Below are positions 63,619 to 64,000 of a stretch of DNA of 64,000 bases, piece by piece. Each line of letters begins with the position of its first letter. Position 1 is the first letter of the stretch. Source of the stretch: Dehalococcoidia bacterium (GTDB lineage Bacteria > Chloroflexota > Dehalococcoidia > Lucifugimonadales > UBA1127); NCBI GenBank assembly GCA_965217675.1, contig OZ244559.1, forward strand, positions 386,126 through 450,125, read 5' to 3'. The notes under the pieces were generated by a model. That model was not told where the DNA came from and did no database searches. It saw nothing but the letters and a program-made list of their open reading frames with translations. A program made the position numbers and the translations under genes.

Positions 63619-63646
63619 CAGTGGGGGCCGCTAGCGGCCCCCACTG
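63619..63646. terminator. Hairpin terminator between convergent genes
   Basis: 12-bp stem CAGTGGGGGCCG/CGGCCCCCACTG with loop CTAG, followed by TGTCATTTGCGTTTC. Confidence 0.55.
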
Positions 63647-63666
63647 TGTCATTTGCGTTTCTACGG

Positions 63667-64000
63667 CTAGCTGAGCTTGCGCAGAAGAACCATTTGGCCG
63701 CCCTCAACCAGTTCTCTTTTGGCGTTGTTGCCGCCAAATAGGTCGCCCTTCATGCTGTGGGCCTGTACGTTGATGAGCAGGATGGTGCTACTGCTGTTGA
63801 AAAGGGAGGTCAAGTCTACCACGCCGCTGGTCTCCCAGTTGCCAAAGTCGTCGGGGGCAGTGTCCACCGTGCCTGTGAGGTGGGCGCTGCGGTTGACTTC
63901 AGCGATGCGTACAAGCTGGCCCGTCCGAGGGTTCACCTGCCAGACTGAGGCCTCGCGGCCGCTTGAGCGCCCGAAGACCGCATTGTCCGTAGCCCGGTCT
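63667..64000 (-). CDS. 3' end of a gene running off the window (secreted beta-propeller/PhoX- or phytase-like C-terminus, weak call)
   Basis: The frame is open from 64000 down to stop 63667 (...DNAVFGRSSGREASVWQVNPRTGQLVRIAEV...NWETSGVVDLTSLF...LLINVQAHS...). The function guess is from motif resemblance only. Confidence 0.5.
   Translation of the reverse strand, partial: DRATDNAVFGRSSGREASVWQVNPRTGQLVRIAEVNRSAHLTGTVDTAPDDFGNWETSGVVDLTSLFNSSSTILLINVQAHSMKGDLFGGNNAKRELVEGGQMVLLRKLS

Overview
This is 64 kb of high-GC bacterial chromosome (about 63-66% GC, judged by eye on sampled lines). I call about 52 protein genes and 2 tRNAs (Arg-TCG, Met-CAT). I found no rRNA, CRISPR array, prophage or intact mobile element.

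Gene content is mostly solute uptake and catabolism:
- three family-5 ABC substrate-binding lipoproteins and two ABC permeases
- a Rieske oxygenase and two Gfo/Idh/MocA oxidoreductases
- a class II aldolase, an aminotransferase and a NIPSNAP protein
- three alpha/beta hydrolases
- two MetE-like methyltransferases and a homocysteine S-methyltransferase

Nitrogen genes are Amt, two P-II-like proteins and a nitrate/nitrite assimilation cluster. Housekeeping genes are TypA, a DEAD-box helicase and an AddB/AddA-like helicase-nuclease pair.

The gene repertoire and the Pro/Thr-rich lipoprotein linkers are reminiscent of marine Chloroflexota (SAR202-like). That is only an inference, since no search was possible.

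Observations most worth a second look:
1. A tandem DUF427 protein is interrupted by one in-frame TGA at the conserved Cys position. A hairpin sits 12 nt downstream. This is either a candidate selenoprotein or a fresh nonsense mutation.
2. The nitrate-assimilation cluster carries five disabling lesions in 3.6 kb: two in-frame TAGs in nirA, two frameshifts in narK and one frameshift in a sulfite-oxidase-fold Mo protein. That Mo protein sits where a nitrate reductase is expected. The flanking P-II-like genes are intact, and a GlnR-like 11-nt-periodic box lies upstream.
3. A 1.5 kb low-GC two-gene island (unknown protein plus TIGR02391/Hypoth_Ymh-like protein) is bounded by a (GGGGTA)n G-quadruplex motif.
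4. A translationally coupled operon encodes a fatty-acid hydroxylase, a GH3 amido-synthetase and an enolase-superfamily racemase.
5. An undescribed ~180 bp repeat family has a 10-bp hairpin and nested 34-bp subrepeats. There are two tandem copies at 40.1 kb and one inverted copy at 12.4 kb.
6. A 2.2 kb segmental duplication of an SBP gene has a perfectly identical 3' tract.
7. IS3-transposase and GlcD-like gene relics abut tRNA-Met.

All family assignments come from motif recognition in the supplied translations, not from database searches.
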